From Polyangiaceae bacterium (GTDB lineage: Bacteria > Myxococcota_A > Polyangia > Nannocystales > Nannocystaceae), in NCBI GenBank assembly GCA_026989935.1, contig JALSIN010000305.1, positions 1-56,334 on the forward strand: a stretch of DNA of 56,334 nt. The letters are read 5' to 3'. Positions 53,316 to 56,334 of the stretch are shown in pieces (the stretch's first letter is position 1; each line of letters starts with the position of its first letter). Position numbers and translations under genes: made by a program. Below the pieces are notes generated by a model. That model made no database searches. It had not been told where the DNA came from and worked only from the letters and a program-made list of their open reading frames with translations.

Positions 53316-54718
53316 CCGCCGCGGGCGAGGCGGGCGGGGGCGAGCAGTTCGTCGAGCTCGGCCGCCGGCACGAGGCCGCGTTCGAGCACCACCTCGCGGA
53401 TCGTCTTGCCCTCGGCGTGGGCCGCCTGGGCCACCTGGGCCGCCCGGTCGTAGCCGATTCGAGGCGCCAGGGCCGTCGCGAGCATCAGCGAACGCTCCAC
53501 GAGGGCCTCGCAGCGGGCGCGGTCCACCGCAAGGCCTCGCACGCAGTCCGCCTCGAACCGCTCGGACGCGCGCGCAAGCAGGGTCACGGACTCCAGGAAG
53601 GCGTCGAGCATCACGGGCATGGCGGTGTTGAGCTCGAAGAGGGAGCCGACGCCGGCCAGGTCGGCGCCGGTCACCACCGCGTCGTTGCCCAGCACGCGCG
53701 CGACCACCTGCAGGACCGACTCGCACAGCACGGGGTTGACCTTGCCCGGCATGATCGACGAGCCCGGTTGCACCGGGGGCAGGCGCACCTCGGACAGGCC
53801 GCCGCGGGGACCGGAGGCCAGCAGGCGCAGGTCGCTCGCGATCTTGGCCAGGCCCAGCGCGGCGGTCCGCAGGTGGCCGTGGGCCTCGGCGAAGGCGTCC
53901 TTGGCGGCCTGGGCGAACACGGGATTGTGCGCCTGCGAGAAGACCAGGCCGTAGCGCGCCGACATCCGCTCGAGCACGGCCGCCGCGAAGCCCGGAGGCG
54001 CCCCGAGCCCGGTCCCCACGGCGGTCCCCCCGAGGGGGACGTCGCACAGGAGACGGTCGCGCGCCCGCGCGGCGTTCGTGCAGGCGTTTCGTGCGGCGGC
54101 CGCGTACCCGAAGAAGACGTCGCGCACGAACATCGGCACCGCGTCCATCCCGTGCGTGCGACCGATCTTGACCGTATCGCCCGCGGCCCGTGCCTTGTCG
54201 TCGAGCGCCCGCGCCAGGCGGTCGAGGGCAGGGACGAGCGCCTCGTGCAAGGCCAGGGCGCACGTGATGTGCATGACCGTGGGGAAGGTGTCGTTGGAGG
54301 ACTGTCCCAGATTGACGTGATCGTTCGGGTGGACGCCGCCCGGCGCCTTCGTGACGCGGCCGTGGCCCAGCCGCTCGTTGGCGAGGGTGGCGATCACCTC
54401 GTTGACGTTCATGTGGACCGCGGTGCCCGAGCCCGTCTGGTAGACGTCCACCACGAAGTGGTCGTCGTGCCGGCCGTCGGCCACCTCCTGGGCGGCGGCC
54501 GCGATGGCGCGCGCGAGCGCGGGCGGGAGCGTGCCGAGGGCCTCGTGGGTCTGGGCGCAGGCCGCCTTGAGGGCGCCGTAGACGTGGAAGACCCGCGCGG
54601 GGAGGGGGCGGCCGGCGACGACGAGGCGGGCCGCCCGCGCGGTGCTCGCCCCGTAGAGGGCGCCGGCCGGCACGGCCATGGGCCCGAGGCTGTCGAACTC
54701 CGTGCGCGTTTCGGCCAC
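53309..54718 (-). CDS. class II fumarate hydratase / aspartate ammonia-lyase family lyase
   Basis: QTGSGTAVHMNVNEVIA, GQSSNDTFPT and the signature GSSIMPGKVNP. FVVDVYQ leans toward aspartase, but I cannot discriminate it from FumC by eye. GTG start. Confidence 0.9.
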   Translation of the reverse strand: MAETRTEFDSLGPMAVPAGALYGASTARAARLVVAGRPLPARVFHVYGALKAACAQTHEALGTLPPALARAIAAAAQEVADGRHDDHFVVDVYQTGSGTAVHMNVNEVIATLANERLGHGRVTKAPGGVHPNDHVNLGQSSNDTFPTVMHITCALALHEALVPALDRLARALDDKARAAGDTVKIGRTHGMDAVPMFVRDVFFGYAAAARNACTNAARARDRLLCDVPLGGTAVGTGLGAPPGFAAAVLERMSARYGLVFSQAHNPVFAQAAKDAFAEAHGHLRTAALGLAKIASDLRLLASGPRGGLSEVRLPPVQPGSSIMPGKVNPVLCESVLQVVARVLGNDAVVTGADLAGVGSLFELNTAMPVMLDAFLESVTLLARASERFEADCVRGLAVDRARCEALVERSLMLATALAPRIGYDRAAQVAQAAHAEGKTIREVVLERGLVPAAELDELLAPARLARGGQ

Positions 54719-54725
54719 CGCGGGC

Positions 54726-55037
54726 TCAGGCGCGCAGCCGGCCGGTGAGGATCTCGAAGAACATGACCCAGTCGCCCATCAGGGAGTACAGCGGGTACTG
54801 GAAGGTCGCCGGTCGGTTCTTCTCGAACACGAAGTGGCCCACCCAGGCGAACCCGTATCCGCACACGGGGGCGAGCAGCAACAGCCACGGGTTGCCCAGG
54901 GCGATGGCCGCCACGACGATGCCCAGCACCCCCCAGCTTCCGACGAAGTGCAGCCGGCGGCACACCGGGTGGCTGTGCTCGCTCAAGTAGAAGGGGTAGA
55001 AGTCACGAAACGTGCGATACCGGCGGGCGTCGTCCAC
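54726..55037 (-). CDS. DUF962 (Mpo1-like) small membrane protein
   Basis: FRDFYPFYLSEHSHPVCRRLHFVG followed by two hydrophobic helices. The start is inferred as the in-frame GTG at 55037. The longer ORF is Arg/Pro-rich and overlaps the upstream gene. Confidence 0.7.
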   Translation of the reverse strand: MDDARRYRTFRDFYPFYLSEHSHPVCRRLHFVGSWGVLGIVVAAIALGNPWLLLLAPVCGYGFAWVGHFVFEKNRPATFQYPLYSLMGDWVMFFEILTGRLRA

Positions 55038-55107
55038 GGCCGGAAGGATGCCCCGGGCGGCGGGCGGCGGCAAGGCGGCCCCCGGCTGGGGGGCGCGGTG
55101 TGGGCGC

Positions 55108-55770
55108 TTACAGGAACGTGCCGCCGACGACGAGGCCGAAGAAGACCTGGTGGACGCCGGCCACGTCCTGGGCGGTGGTCTTCTCACACACGCGGCGGTC
55201 GTCCTCGTCGCGGCAGGTGCGGCCGTGCGCGTTGACGAGGAAGGAAAGGCGCGCCCCGAGGAAGACGCGCCGGGCCACGAACAGGTGGACGATCGGGCCC
55301 AGGCGCATGGAAAACCCCTGCGAGAATTCCTTCGAGGCGTCGCGGCGCCGGAAGGTCTGGCGCGAAAAGCCCGGGGCCAGGTCCACGCCCAGGTCGAAGC
55401 GCCACACGGGGAGCATGGGCCGCAGGAGGGCGTAGACCCCCTGCTGGTAGGCGGTCCGGTAGCCCGGGGCGTCCACGATGTCGTAGTCGGGCCGGAACAT
55501 GCCGAAGTCGTAGGCGCCGCCGAGCAGGAAGTACTTCCATCGGAACCCGAGCTCGGCGCCGAAGGCGAAGCCCAGGCGCGTCCGCCCCGGCGCGAGATCG
55601 CCCGCGTCGTCGCGGGCGCAGCGGGCCTTGCCGGGCAGGCAGGCCGACGCCCCGAGCGACAGGGCCATATGCCCGCCCCGGCGGTCCACGTTGGGGCGCG
55701 CATTTGCCGCGGACGGCGCGAGGGCGAGCGCGAGGAACACGAAGAGGAGGCGGGCGGATCGCACGGTCAC
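55108..55770 (-). CDS. probable outer-membrane beta-barrel protein
   Basis: Signal peptide LLFVFLALALAPSAANA-RP. Alternating aromatic/aliphatic beta-strand pattern (LGFAFGAELGFRW, FLLGGAYDFGMF, VFFGLVVGGTFL). GTG start. Confidence 0.65.
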   Translation of the reverse strand: MTVRSARLLFVFLALALAPSAANARPNVDRRGGHMALSLGASACLPGKARCARDDAGDLAPGRTRLGFAFGAELGFRWKYFLLGGAYDFGMFRPDYDIVDAPGYRTAYQQGVYALLRPMLPVWRFDLGVDLAPGFSRQTFRRRDASKEFSQGFSMRLGPIVHLFVARRVFLGARLSFLVNAHGRTCRDEDDRRVCEKTTAQDVAGVHQVFFGLVVGGTFL

Positions 55771-55899
55771 CGAGCCTCTACGAAGACGCGGAGGGATCCC
55801 AAATTATTCGCGGTCCAGTCCGCGATGCGCGCTTTTGCGCACCGGTGCATCTCGGCGGCGGCGAGGCGCAGCACCGAGGCGCGTGCCGGTGGAACGACG

Positions 55900-56226
55900 C
55901 TACGGGGCCTTCGGGCCCTTGCCGCCGCCGAGGCACGGCGGTGCAGCCGGGACCGACCCCTCGCGCGCGGCGTGCTCGGCCGGGGTCACCGCGTGGATCC
56001 GCAGGGCGTGCAGGCGCGCCGCGAACTCCTCGGCCAGGACCTCTTGCACCCTGCGGTGCCGGGCGACGAGCCCCTCGCCCTCGAAGGCCTCGGACACCAC
56101 CAGCACGTGGATGTGGGTCTCGGCCCCGGGGCCCGCCGCGTGCATGTGGCTTTCGTCCTCGACGGCCAGGTGGACGGGCGCGAAGGCGGCGCGCAGCCGG
56201 TCGCGGATCCGATCGACGCGGCTCAC
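55900..56226 (-). CDS. BolA family protein
   Basis: VHLAVEDESHMHAAGPGAETHIHVLVVSEAFEGEGLVARHRRVQEVL is a typical BolA core. The GTG start overlaps the upstream stop (GTGA). Confidence 0.85.
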   Translation of the reverse strand: MSRVDRIRDRLRAAFAPVHLAVEDESHMHAAGPGAETHIHVLVVSEAFEGEGLVARHRRVQEVLAEEFAARLHALRIHAVTPAEHAAREGSVPAAPPCLGGGKGPKAP

Positions 56227-56334
56227 GGGCTCACCTCCGTTTGCGCGCGGGGCGCGTCGGGCAGGGTGCGCGCGACGACCTCCGCGATGTCGAGCACCGC
56301 CACGTCCTCGTCCTTGCCGTGGTGCTTGACCCCG
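56223..56334 (-). CDS. 3' end of an unidentified gene running off the window edge
   Basis: The open frame reads ...GVKHHGKDEDVAVLDIAEVVARTLPDAPRAQTEVSP-TGA, with the stop overlapping the bolA-family start. It is too short to assign. Confidence 0.4.
   Translation of the reverse strand, partial: GVKHHGKDEDVAVLDIAEVVARTLPDAPRAQTEVSP

Overview
This is a very GC-rich, gene-dense chromosomal segment (roughly 70% G+C by eye, not computed). It looks like Myxococcota: it has a MYXO-CTERM sorting tag, two eukaryote-like Ser/Thr kinases, and many lipoproteins with Gly/Ser/Thr linkers. I call about 48 protein genes, 2 tRNAs (Glu-CUC, Gln-CUG), one likely bidirectional terminator and three short coding tandem repeats. 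I recognised no rRNA, CRISPR array, transposase, integrase or phage genes. All family calls come from motifs read in the supplied translations; no database search was run. Many start codons are uncertain because long spurious alternative-frame ORFs are common at this GC content.

Housekeeping genes: lipA, lon, dtd-ttcA, ggt, an aspartase/fumarase-family lyase, bolA, and a three-subunit xanthine-dehydrogenase-family enzyme next to an FNR-type reductase.

Most interesting observations:
1. A co-directional cassette at 30647-34977: GT-C (GT39/ArnT-like) transferase, PA14 protein, polyprenol-phosphate GT2, then a lipoprotein with an almost pure Ser/Thr/Gly linker. This could be a Pmt/Ppm-style protein O-glycosylation system.
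2. At least three otherwise unrelated lipoproteins share an N-terminal module (lipobox, G/S/T linker, [FL][FL]DVG, poly-Gly, Cys). Four lipoproteins share an extreme C-terminal ...PPG/IPG/PQG ending.
3. A tightly packed minus-strand envelope cluster at 42213-50934: lipoprotein, HEAT/beta-rich protein, Pro-rich polybasic anchor, TPR anchor, radical SAM, L,D-transpeptidase, lipoprotein. A MYXO-CTERM protein gene follows it.
4. An ECF sigma factor with no anti-sigma gene lies divergent from a lipoprotein plus transmembrane STK-TPR operon.
5. The FAD subunit of the XDH-family enzyme carries an HcrB-type four-Cys insertion.
6. Two of the module-bearing lipoprotein genes have disrupted signal-peptide regions: an in-frame TGA in one and a T6 frameshift in the other.
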